This document shows, piece by piece, positions 23,127 through 35,700 of a DNA stretch of 64,000 nucleotides. The notes below the pieces were generated by a model. The model did no database searches. It was not told the origin of the DNA and saw nothing but the letters and a program-made list of their open reading frames with translations. A program made the translations under genes and the position numbers. The DNA is from Botryllus schlosseri (taxonomy: Eukaryota). The DNA lies in NCBI GenBank assembly GCA_051294905.1, contig CM119372.1:8558001-8622000 (forward strand), given 5' to 3'. The number at the start of each line of letters is the position of its first letter. Positions within the stretch are counted from its first letter, which is position 1.

Positions 23127-24677
23127 TACTACAAAAAAAAATTAGACAAGTTTGGTCTCAAATCGATTTTTTAGCAGAAAAAGTCTTAAAGACAAATTAG
23201 TCTTACCAAGTAATTTCTGTCTCAAATCGATTTTTTAGCAAAAAAAGTCTTACAGACAAATTAGTCTTACCAAGTACTTTCTGTCTTAAAAGTAAGACCG
23301 GAATTGATCAAAAATAGTAGGGGTGCTTTGGGGGCATCCTTTTCAATGTTAGGGTCTGAGCGAAGGGGAAGCATGAGAGAGACCAGAATTTGCAGTGTTG
23401 GGATGATACTGTACTAAGGAGTTTACAAGAGTTTACAAGTTATCAAGGTACATGCCACTTACTACTCACATGTACTATTCAGATCAATATATATATGGTT
23501 GTCTGAGTCGAAAATAGCATTTATGGTGAGTGGGTAAAATGAGACCAAAAATACTGCACAATTCGTCTTAAAAACAAGACCAAAAAAACTGAAGCATTAA
23601 AAATTATCACGATAAACTAGCTGTGTCTGTGAAGTCCTTAGATAGCCTAAGTATTGTCCCATGGTCTCTCTCACTCTCCCCCTTCACTCAGAACCTAACA
23701 TTGAAAAGGATGCCTCCAAAGCAGTGCTTCCATTATCGATCAAGTTGGGTCTTACTTTTGAGACGGAAAGTACTTGGTAACACTAATTGGTCTTCAAGAC
23801 TTTTTTGCTAAAAACCGATTTGAGACAGAATGTAGGCCTACTTGGTAAGACTAATTGGTTTTGAGGCTTCTTTTTCTAAAAAATCGATTTGAGACCAAAT
23901 TTGTCTAATTTTATGCTCTTGGCCCATGTCAACTTTCCGGTCTCATTTTCAAGACCACAAAACATGTTGTTTCTTCATTAGCGAAATCCGACTTAAAAAC
24001 AAGACCAAAAATACTGACACATCAAAAACTGTCTCAAAAAGCCAGTTATGTCTTATGCTCCTGGCCCATGTCAACTTTCCGGTCTCATTTTTAAGACCAC
24101 AAATCATGTCATTTCTTGATTAGTGAAATTTGTCTTAGAAACAAGACAAAAAATACTGACACATCAAAAACTGTCTCAATCAGCTTGTTATGTCTTAGAG
24201 CTCCTGACCCATGTCAACTTTCCGGTCTCATATTTAAGACCACAAATCATATTGTTACTTGATTAGCGAAATCTGTCTTAAAAACAAGACCAAAAATACT
24301 GACAAATCAAAAACTGTCTCATTAAGCTAGTTATGTCTTAAAGCTCCTGACCCATGTCAACTTTCAGGTCTCATTTTTAAGACCACAAATCATGTCGTTT
24401 CTTGATTAGCGAAATTTGCCTTAAAAACAAGACCAAAAATACTAACACATCAAAAACTGTCTTAATAAGCACAATATGTCTTATGAGATGCTTTTTATTG
24501 GTCTCATTTTCAAGACCAAATAATTGTGACACAATTATATATGGTCTTAAACAGCTGAATCACTCTTAATTTTGAGACCTCAATTCATCAGTGAGACTGA
24601 AATTGCTGAAAATGAGACCAAATCATCCTCATTTCTTAAATTTGAGACCAAATATTTGTCTAATTTTTTTTGTAGTG
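23127..24677. mobile_element. CACTA/EnSpm-like non-autonomous element with internal foldback and tandem array
   Basis: Right end is the reverse complement of CACTACAAAAAAAATTAGACAA; left end TACTACAAAAAAAAATTAGACAA. Many GAGACC/GGTCTC subterminal motifs. No TSD found. Confidence 0.7.
23921..24485. repeat. About 142-bp tandem repeat, 4 copies
   Basis: Units start near 23921, 24063, 24206 and 24349 (cccatgtcaacttt...ggtctca...). Confidence 0.9.
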
Positions 24678-25090
24678 ATAGTCTGGACTGGTAATAATCA
24701 TTAGCCTGGTTGGAATTGGTGGCAACGTCACGCAGGATTTTCTGTTTAATTCCTTAATTATTCTATATAGAAAAGCTCTCATCACGCAGGATTTATTTCA
24801 AAAAATGGACAGAGATTCCATATAGGAATTCATTAGGAAAACTAAGGACCTTAAAGACCTCCTGCCAAAGAGATTATCGTATCCTATATATCGTAATGGG
24901 CACCCTCAAAAGCTGAAAAGCGAGAGACGCTTAGCGGCTTAGGAGTACAGAACATCACAACATATTTGAATAATATATTCCTAAACAACATTGAATATGA
25001 AATAGCGGAACCCTTGCACATCCGTAGCAACTCTAAAACGCGGAATGCCAACACTCGGCAAATGAGCAGCGGCCTTTTCCTTATGAGAGT

Positions 25091-25524
25091 CAGAGATGAG
25101 CATGGATTAGGATTAGGTTTTGAAAAAACAGAATTTGTGAAATTTTGTCGGATTTGGATTGGATTTGGATTAGACATTTTTTTCAGAACGGATTTGGATT
25201 TGGATTGGATTTACCTATTTTCTGGGAGATTGAAATGTCATGTGGCGAATGGCGACAAACTTTATTCAGATCAGTTATTAATGTACCTATGGTTACTGAG
25301 TTATCTTGAATCAAGTGAATCGTTGGTTGTGAAAGAAATTTTTCGAATCCCTCCATTGCATAAATTAGTATTTTTTCTGTTTCTGTTTTTTCCAGTTGGA
25401 ATCGGATTAGGATTGGACATGGACTTCAATATGAAAAAGTTATGGATTAGGATTTGGATTTGGATTTCAAGGTTCGGATTTGGATTGGATTAGGACATAG
25501 AAATCTCAAATCCGCTCATCTCTG
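25091..25524. mobile_element. hAT-like MITE with GGATT repeats
   Basis: TIR cagagatgagc...gctcatctctg; perfect TSD atgagagt. Confidence 0.9.
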
Positions 25525-25759
25525 ATGAGAGTACAAAGTAGCTGATAAAATTAAGCTGAAAATGTGTCTAAAACACGGAAACTGCGGAAAAGCATCCATG
25601 CGATTTCAAGGCGAATTTGGTGGAAGGAACATTCGATGTCACGGTGAACTTTGAAGGGGTAGGCCGGTATGTAGAGCCTGCCAACCGGCATAGTACCTAG
25701 AAATGGAAATCTATCTGGGCGGAGCATATCGGAAAACGTTTCTAAAGCGCGGAGAAGGC

Positions 25760-26300
25760 GTGACATCGGGCACAAGACCGAGGATCGAGGTAGATGCCAG
25801 TTTAAGTCCGCAGAGTCCGCAAGACTGCAACTGGTCGTTCGCCATCCTCCTATCTGTTCAATACATCGCATTGTATATTGTGTGTGTCTCGTTCAGATGA
25901 AAATATAATCTGACGATTAACAGCGAATATGTCAACCATGCGAGTTCAATGCAGATTTGGTGAAATGACCATTCTTAATTTTAAAAATCGATTTCTTGGT
26001 CGCACTACGCAAGTGGCCCGGGTTCAAGTCCCGCTGTTAGAGGTTATTTTTGGCTCCTTGTCCCCCGTCTCGCTGTTCTTACGTCGACAAAAAAGCCCAG
26101 TCAAAAAGATGCGATGAAGACAGAAAGAAAGAAAAAAGAAAGAAATAGCGACGGTGAAAGATTAACATCGAGGAAGACTGTGACATCGGGCAATAGGCCG
26201 AGGTGGATGCCAGTCGTTCGGCATCCTCCCTCTGTTCATTACATCGCATTGTGTGTGTCTTGGGCAGATGAAAATTTAAACTGACGAATATTGAATATGT
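25760..26300 (+). repeat. Two diverged direct copies of a repeat, with a B-box-like motif between them (possible SINE)
   Basis: 25760-25935 resembles 26180-26300; GGTTCAAGTCC at 26021. Confidence 0.45.
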
Positions 26301-26714
26301 CTTTTCGAGCCATAGGCGCTCAATATCAGCACACAAGGATTCCACTCGCAGTAAAAGATGTGATAACCCGGCCTGCTTGGCGCAAGCGAAAGCGCAGGCG
26401 AAAATATAGCTGTGAAGTTCCGTTCAAAATAAACAAAATAAACATCAGCACCGTTAGCCGATTCGCTACAGTGGTCGCAGTTCATAACATATTCAAATGT
26501 TTCGGACGGGATCGGTCGATGTCTTCACGCTGTGCTGTAAATTTGTTCTGCTCTTCCGGATGTAGATTGAATGGTCTTCAAGATTGCCCAAGTTAAGGAC
26601 ATTCGTTTCTAAAGTAATCTTGTTTCGTTATTCCGGGTGTAATTTGCTTTTGTTCCACAATCTTGTACATACTGTGCCTTATAGATACCACGTCAAGAAA
26701 AACAGGACTTCGTT

Positions 26715-29700
26715 ATGGCATCGGCTCCAGAAAGTGTAGCGATAAGGCACAGAGCTGCTTTTGACTTTGAAACACATTATTGCAGTTTATGTGCGTTACA
26801 AGATACTGTGCCTCTCCTAGAAGTAAAGGTAAGATTTTTGGGAACGCTGTCCCGTACTTGAAACTTGAAACAAGTGCCAACCAAGCCTGTTGCTGCAGAA
26901 GGAATTTGTGTACCATCCCGAACATTGAGCTTAAGCGCTCACTCCGCCCCGATTATTCGAAATTTCATGCCTGTGACGTCATATTTTGTGATACTATTGT
27001 TGATATACAGCAGGGGTGGGCAATTATTTTCCTCCGTGGGCCAAATGAGAAAAATAAATACGTGAAAAAATTTAGCTATGTTCTCCAGCGTATTTATTGT
27101 ATATTTCTAAATTATATTGTTAAAAATGTGTTGATATTAGGTAATGAGAAAGTGACGGTTGATTAAAAAATATGTATTCGCTTTCATGATTCGAAACAAT
27201 GTTAAACATGTTACATTTTAGCTCTCTTTAACCCCCTATCCACGTTCTTCTATTCAGACTCTAAAACAGTGGTTTTCAAACTTTTTTAGGCACTCCTCCC
27301 TTTATCATAGCGAACAATTTCGGCAACACTCATGATGATATCACAAAATATTAAAAAGTGCAACCAGAATGCTAGCAATCCCAACGGATAATTTGATGGC
27401 ATGAAAGATTATGGCTGTTGATGAGAGAATTGTGTAGTATGAAAGTCGGACAATACACAGGGCAATACCTACAAGCTGGATGATATCGCTTCAGTAAACT
27501 TCGACTTCGTGCCACCGTTCTGATGCTTTCACATCTCTCAGTTCGAGGACCATTGCACTATAGAATGTAAACGTGGAATGGCAGCGACCGATTTTGCAGC
27601 TTCGTTCCGCTTCACTGAAGCTTTACTCAGACATATTTTACGGCAGCTACTGTAGGATTTATGGCAATCCAAAAGTCGTCTTCCAGGGCGCAGAATTACC
27701 TGAATCTGGTATTGATCGAAAGCTACTGTCACACTGACTCCGAAAATGTGAATGAAAATATGATCAGGCACTGGGCCGCTTAGAATTCGCCCTTCAAGTC
27801 TGAATTATCGGCATTGTTCGAACAATCGAAGAGCCGCAATGGGTCATTGTTGTGGTCATTGTTTTGCGTTCATCCGATTGTTCTGAACAATGCAGATTTT
27901 AGATGTTGAGGGTGATTTATCATCTAAGTACGGAGCCTGACTGTATTTTGATTGATATTTTCGGAATCAGTGCGACAGTAGCTTTCGATCAAGACCAGAT
28001 TCAGTAAGTTCTGAGCTCTGGAAGACAACTTTTGGATTGCCATAAATCCTACAGTAGCTGCCGTAAAATAAATCTGAGTAAAGCTTCAGTGAAGCGGAAC
28101 GAAACTGCAAAATCGGTCGCTGCCATTCCACGTTTACATTCTATAATTGCACTGAAATGTACATGCAATAGTACAAAGCGTATTTACTTGGTCGCAGCCT
28201 TCCAGGAAGTGTGCAGGTTGAATAGCCTTTATGTTGAGCGAAGCTTTAATTAAAATCCTTATTCTCGGCGACATGATCGGCAAAAACTGAAAGGATGGGC
28301 TATCCCTGACTCCAGTATGCGAATATTTAGTGCTCTAAATTCTAAACCTAAACCTTCATTGAATTTCACTTTTCGACTTTCTTTCTTTTTAGGCATGCTC
28401 GTTGATCCTTTATGGGTTATAGATATGATGAGTCATATAGTAATCGTGAGCACTGATTGACTTTTTTATGAATTAGGGACTTGGAAACATGTCACGTCAC
28501 AAATTGAAACACATGCCGTATAATGCGTAATGTGACAATGTCAGCAAGGAAGGTTTGAACTCAACTATATGGAAATAGTGATTTCTTGTTGCTACTCACA
28601 CTTTGCCACATTGCCTTTATTTTGAATCTGGATTACGCATGCCAGGTACGTAGGCAGTGTAATCGTGGCATATTAATAAACAGGCTTCAAAGTAAACGAA
28701 TTTCCTGTTTATTTGATACAGCCTATGGTTTTGGCCATTGAAAAAGCAAGTTTTATGTTTTGAATTCCAAGCAGCCTTTCGCGGACCGCACAGAATAGCT
28801 TCGCGGGCCGCATTTGGCCCACTGGCCGCACTTTGCCCAGGTCTGATATATAGGAATGTTCTTTCGAATTCGTAAAATGATACATCGTAAATTTTACAGG
28901 CTCATCTTGCTCAAGGAGTACTTGATATCAATGCTGACAAAATACGCCTGGTAGACTGGACTCCTATTCTCAATACGCTGCGCATTAATAAGAATCTTCG
29001 ATTTATTGCTGTTCGCAGTTACTACGCCCAATCAGCGATCAAAGACGGTAATTTCACAAATTTTTAACTTGTATTACATGCTTTCAGCCGTTCGCTATAA
29101 TTCTACTGACATATTCTGTACATAATCATTTTTAAGTGAAATATCCCCACACAGTACATTACATATTTAGATGTGAAAAAATCACACTTCTTCAAAAGAC
29201 GAACTCCGGCAATTCTAGAAAAAGACTTGACGTTGAGGTTGGCTCAAGCGATATCGGAATGTCTCAAACAAACGGAATGCCTGAAATGCTTGGATATGCA
29301 AGGGGTCCCATTTCGACAAAAAGACTTGACTGTCTTAGCAAAGGTTGGTGCTGATAATTGGTGATGCATGTCTTTAGCCGATTAGTGATTGTAACATTAC
29401 ACTCAACGAATCTATGTGACGCTGAATAGGCGTATGAGTGACATGATTAAATGAGCTGGCAGACTAATTTCTGATATTGCTACTGATGTGTTGATGAATA
29501 GAGATCAATGGTTATTACCGGTTTTATTATTGCAATTGATAATACTAATTATTTATGTTTTTTGATGATTTATGTTCAAAGCCATTATGTGAGTCCATTT
29601 GAAAATTTTGCAGCTGTTCAATTAGCCAATTCTTATTACACTTCAAAGATTGTTTTTCTGGAATTGATAGGGGAGTTGGACTACTAGAAAATTTCCAGCC

Positions 29701-32700
29701 CTTCCAAATTAGATTAGAATGATAGCTGCACAATTTTTTCCAAATTTGTTTAGAATTAGAATTAAATCCACAAGGGTTGGATTCAGGGTTGTAATGACTC
29801 AAGTCGCGAGTTTTGGTGGCTAGACTTGACTCGAGTCATTTTTTCCAATGCGTATAATGACTTTACTCGAGTCAATTTTTTCATCGACTCGGAATCGAGT
29901 CAAAACACTTACTCGGACTCGACCCTCTACTAGCTTACATGGACTTGACTCGGTGGTGAATTGAAAATGACTTGAGTCAAAACTATAAAAATGAGGTTGA
30001 CTTGTGACTCGGGACCTTGTGACTTGGTTTCAACCCTTGTTAGATTTCCAAATTAGATTAGAATTAGTATTGCAGAATTCGCAAAATCTTGGAAATTGAA
30101 TAAGGTCGGTTCGACGAGTTCATATCAAGTCAGAGTTTATCAGGGTTGTAATGACTCGACTCGAGTCCGACTCGAGGCAGGATTTTCTGATGACTCGACT
30201 TGACTCGAGTCATTTAATCAAAATACGGAAATGACTCAACTCAAAAGACGGCCAAGACCGACATTTCATTGTAATTCCGAAGCCAACACACTATTGGGAT
30301 TTTGTCTGTTGGTACTGGTACTTGAAAATGCGACCATAAACTGCTAAAAGTGAGGAAAATTGGTATATTATAAATGCGAACCATTCGATATCACCAAACA
30401 GAGTTATAAAAAGTGGGTTTACCAAGACTTCAACTGGAAACTGAGCAGTCAACACAATGACTTGGACTCGGACTCGAGTCATAATTCCATGACTCGGACT
30501 CAGCACTCTGCTCGCTGACTTGGACTCGGACTTGACTCGGTGGTGAATTGAAATGACTCAACTTGACTCGAGTCAAAACTATAAAAGTGAGATTGACTTG
30601 TGACTCGGAGCCTTGTGACTTGGTTACAACCCTGGAGTTTATCCACATAAGCAAGAGAGTCACAAATGTTTTTATCGCAAGCTTGGTTAGCACTTGATAA
30701 ATCCCACGCAATACACAGTATGAGTGTGATTACAGTTTTATTGTATGCTAATAGGCAATAACCCCAATTACACTATGATCTAAAAGGATTAAGAAATACA
30801 AGCAAACAATGTTAGCTCCCTCACGCAGCGTGAAGCCAGGCGAGTACGTGCGAAGCGAGATGTCTGTCACGGTCGATTAGTGTTCAATTACAATGAGCCA
30901 TAATTGAGAAACTAAACAATCACCAAATAACGAAATTGAGACACATCAGCACTATACAGTTCCCCTGCAGCCTTTTCAAGCAAACCACAAATTAGATTAG
31001 AAATGAAATTAGAGCATCAGAACCATTCCAGTAATTAAATTCGATTTTGCTCTAAATAGTCTAATTAGACAACTAGAATTATGTAATTGTTCAAGTCTGG
31101 TAGAGAGTGGGCACTCCTATTCCTAAAATACCCTGGTGCAATAAACTGACTTCTATGGGTACCCTAATTTCGTAGCTAACCTTTTATAACTGTGTCCTGA
31201 TATGATATTGCTCGACTTTCAGGGATTTGAACGGAATGCCACTCTTACACACCTCTCACTGGAGTATTGCCATATCCGCGACGATGGATGTGAAAGTTTG
31301 TGCTCTTCTGATAATTTTCCACTTGTCGAACTCGTCAGGTCCTTGTATTTGTTTCGCAGAGTTGACAACATCAGTGAAGCATCATCCTGGATTAACTCAC
31401 ATTAACTTCACCGGATGCAGTTTAACGCGTAATAGTGCTGAGACTATATCGAAGCTCATCAAGGTGTGGATACTGGTGTAACAACTGTAACATACATTCA
31501 ACTAATGTTTTATCAACTTGAATTGAATGTGTATAGCCTACAGTGTTCTATACAGTTGAAGTTGCCATTGGAAAGGCACTCAAATGAGCAGCGTTAAAAG
31601 TAGTTGGGTGTTTCTGAAGAGAGGCTAAATGATCCAAAGTTGCTGATGGCTTGATGCAGTTGACTCGCCGATTCGAATGGAAGCAAAATGGTCATTGAAA
31701 GATTATTTATTAATAACAGAATTTCAATCAGATTTCATAATCAACAGATAAAAATACCGTTTGTGTTCATCAAAGAACAACGTTGACATAAAGGATGGGT
31801 TTTATTTATTGAATTTAGAGTTGAATATATGAACGAAATAAGTTCTTGATTACACGGACAGACATTGTATGGGCGACTGTAGGACAATGCAATTTTCATA
31901 ACCTATTGTCCTGAAACTAGCTGATGACAACGACTTTCCGCTGATAAAGTATTTGAAAGACGTGATTTGAAGCGCTCATCAACGATCATAGTACAAAGAT
32001 TGCGCTTTTCTGATATTATGAATATTTCATTGAACACCTCAACATTTCACCGCACAGAATTTTAATGAATCAGTAATAAACTTGAAAACTTTAATACCGT
32101 TCTCCGATATCAGTAGTCTAAAAATAGGACCACTTTGTCGTAAGTGGTGCGAGTAAATAAGACTTGCTTTTGTACTCGCGTTGTTACTGACCACATCACC
32201 ACCATATGATCAAAAGTGTGTACATCACGAGTTTCTTCGGCACCATCTTTATGAAATTTGCAGTACCAATCCACGGAGAGACACAGCGAAGCGTGGGCAG
32301 AAAGTCTCCGGTACCGCCAGCCGAACTTGAACAGCATGACCGGCTTGCGTAGAATCACCTTGAACCACAATCCGATGCTTGGCGATGAGGGGATATGCCA
32401 GATTGCGGACGCATTGAAAGACGATCTCTGGCTTAAGGGTGGGGTGAATGAGATTGGTCCTGGCGAGATACTAATTGCAATTTTCAAAGTAACCACGTCC
32501 GACTAACTGCAAAAAGCATATGCCTCAAAACGAAACTACCGACTTCGGTTGGTTACTCGTAGTCCTGATATGTTTTACTTCCACTTGAAGTAGTTTTATA
32601 TGTTTTGGAAATCTTTACGCCTACTTGTAATTGAGTAAATATTGACAGAGCTATTTCTAGTTCTTCCTAAGTAGCAACACTTTAACGACCTCTGTAGATT

Positions 32701-35700
32701 TCTGATCAACATGCAATATATATGTAAATTCTCAGAAATGTTCAAAGTATTCAACTCAATTAGAAGTAATGTCATAAATTTCATTTCAATTACAAGTAAT
32801 AGTGATTTCCAACTCATCCTGAAAAATGGAAGGTTTGAAAAGTGCTTGAGTTTCAAAAAGTCGATTTGATCAAGGCGTCGCATATATTTAGTAGTTCCTC
32901 GGAGGTGGCTACTTTGGGAGTCACAAGATGCCTCTTTGGGACCAAATCTTTTCAAAATTGTTGCGCTAGGTCAAAAAGTTTTCAAAATTGTTTACAAAGT
33001 CAAAATTTTTGTGCAACATGCCTTCATCATAGATGTTTGCACTGTCGAGTGTCGATGAACTTATCATTTGATATTTTACATCTTGTGGCCTACTTTATAG
33101 GCCTACTCTTGTAGGCGGCCCATTGTCTACTCATTGTGAATCATAAACGGTCAAATGAAACAAATATAGATTGGCATAGTGTTATGCTCAATGTACCGCA
33201 ATATCTTAACTGAAACAAGACTGCGTGGGCATTGGTCCTTATATCAAGAAGTGCATGATTATTATTGAAATATGTATTGAAATTATTTTCACAAGTCTGC
33301 CTGACACATTAGCAAAGACGGTGAAAGTAGTCACACGCGCTACTCACTGATGATTTTGATTTGTTTTTACTGAACTGATACGCGATATTCTTTTAAAGCC
33401 ATTGACCTTCAAAAATGTGGTGTCGGCAGAGAGGGCGCTAACGCCCTTTTAGAAACGCTATCACAGAATAAAACTCTGGTGGTGGTCGACGTGAGAGTCA
33501 ACCCGCTGATAGGTAAGTACATGGTCTGATTGATGGCAGTCCAAGGAAATTAATGATTGTTGTTTATGTTAGATCGTAGTTTGCTGCATTCCGTGATTGG
33601 GCAAGTTCTCATCAACTCTAACGGATATGATGATAAAGAGGTGAAGAGTCAACATACATTCCAATTATTCTGTAACAATGATCTTAAGCTCAATATCGGT
33701 ATCCTATAATTCCTCTCTATTATTCACCTGTACTTCTGTAGCTCTTATCCTTGCACTAGGGAGATAACGGAATGGTAGAGCGTTCAGCTTCTTGATCGAT
33801 AGGATGTGGGTTCGATGCCAGGCTGTACCAGATCAAAGACTTCCCTGCTAGATGCTCAGTGCTCTCGGATAGCAAGTAGCTAGAATAATAGTGGTGCTGA
33901 TTTGACAATCTTGCAGTTGCTTTGCGTATCCATCTCCCCAGCACACATAATTTACGCCTGCTTCAGTTGCGTGTAACAAAATCTCATTGGTAGTAACCAA
34001 TCACGCAAACCAGTTTGCTGATCTCCTAAATATTTATGAGATGGCTCTGTGGAACCATCTGAATCCAACCACTGCTTAAGACACATTTATCGTGCTTGCT
34101 CGATGTCTTATGATGACCAAATCTGGAAGCACTAACTTTGTGTGGAATACATCATAGCTCCAGGTTCCAGCTCTTGATAAAATGTGTTATTATGTGCCGA
34201 TGGTATTTCCTTGTTCAATACCCTCTTCTATACCTGAGTACGGCATCACAAGGCCGAGATGGACATTGGACAACCACATCAGTTTACGGTCTCTTTTTTC
34301 ACAGTTTCCTTGGATTAAATCTGAACCTCCCAAGGACCCATATCGCACAAGACCACGTCGGCGTGGTCGTCAAATTCGTAGTGCTTACGGCAGAAAACCT
34401 GCAACAAGATCGGGTGAGTGCGATGTCTTTCCAAAACATGTCTGTCGTAAGGATGCATGAATTTAAATTCCGACGTCAGCAGTAAAACCAGCGAAAGCAC
34501 CAACAAGTCCAACTCCCGGTAATCCCAGCCGGGAGGGAGTGCCGTGGAGAACTGCGTATCGTGCATCGCAGTACAAAAGGTACGTCTACTTATATTGCGA
34601 TTTGCACTGTGTTGAGGTGACGGTACACAATACTTTCCATTACATTGAGAGCTCGTCTGGACCAATTTGTAAACGAAGGCACAAAATATGATGATAGGAA
34701 TTTTCTTTTGATTTATAATTTCTCTCAAGATGTCATTATCGCTTATCGTGTGATACAGACACCTAGATACAATGATGGTGCAGTTTGTTTTAATGTTGTA
34801 CAGAACATCGATCTGATATGTAACAATCGGATAGTTGGCCCTGTCAGAGAACATTTCGCATTTCCGGATCGGATCTGCGTTACTTATGCTACATGTTCCA
34901 TTCCTTTTGTTGATTACGATTTTTAACGTACTGAGTTAATATTAATCAAGTAACTGTTAGCATCGTGTATGATTTCTTGTTTGTTTTCCAAACCGACGTG
35001 GAAATATGAAGCTTGGTTTCATTTCAGGGCATACGCGGGTGCAGGAAGCGTCGGCACACCGCGCTACCTACAGAACCCGGAGGTTGGCTAAAATGTTTTC
35101 TCGACCGATATAATATCTCGGTTACAATGTCTATGAATTCAGGGTTTCCGAGTCACTGTCGAAGAAGCGGAAGAATCCGCATCTTCTACCGAGGAGGAAG
35201 GAGAAGAGCAGCCGATCAAAACTTCCGATCTGAAGTCGCCTGAGGTACCTGCCCTGCAGTTGTCGCAGAGGAAGTCGGGAAGGAACCAGAAATCTGATTC
35301 TCCGGCTCAGACTATAAGGAATTTGCAGGTGATGGATTTACAGATATTTGTTTCACCGCAAATAGGACTGGGCGAAACCAAATGCTTGACTGTGACTAGC
35401 ATTTGGTTTCGGGTCGTGTATTCAAGTATCATTCTTTATAATGTCATAGGAGTATGAATGTTGTGGTATGTCCAAATATATGCCTTTTAAGAGATAGCAC
35501 AACATAAAGATTGTTAGGTATTTTTCTTTGCCGGGTTTATCACGACTTCAGAGAAATGTCGTTTCCACTAATGTGCGTAGCCTTGTACTACATACTGTGA
35601 TACGACGAATTGAACACGATGGGGAAAAAGTATTGCAACTATAATTCTCGTTGATAATGCAAGTCTTTGTGGAACGGCTATCGAAAAAATCGTCTTTAAC

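Noticed and set aside
23921..24485. CRISPR-like array
   Set aside because: Whole 142-bp units repeat with no unique spacers, and the context is eukaryotic.
24966..25493. 175-aa ORF
   Set aside because: It mostly reads through a GGATT-repeat MITE and has no protein-like signal.
33759..33830. tRNA gene
   Set aside because: A and B boxes are present but I could not build a full cloverleaf; better explained as a SINE head.
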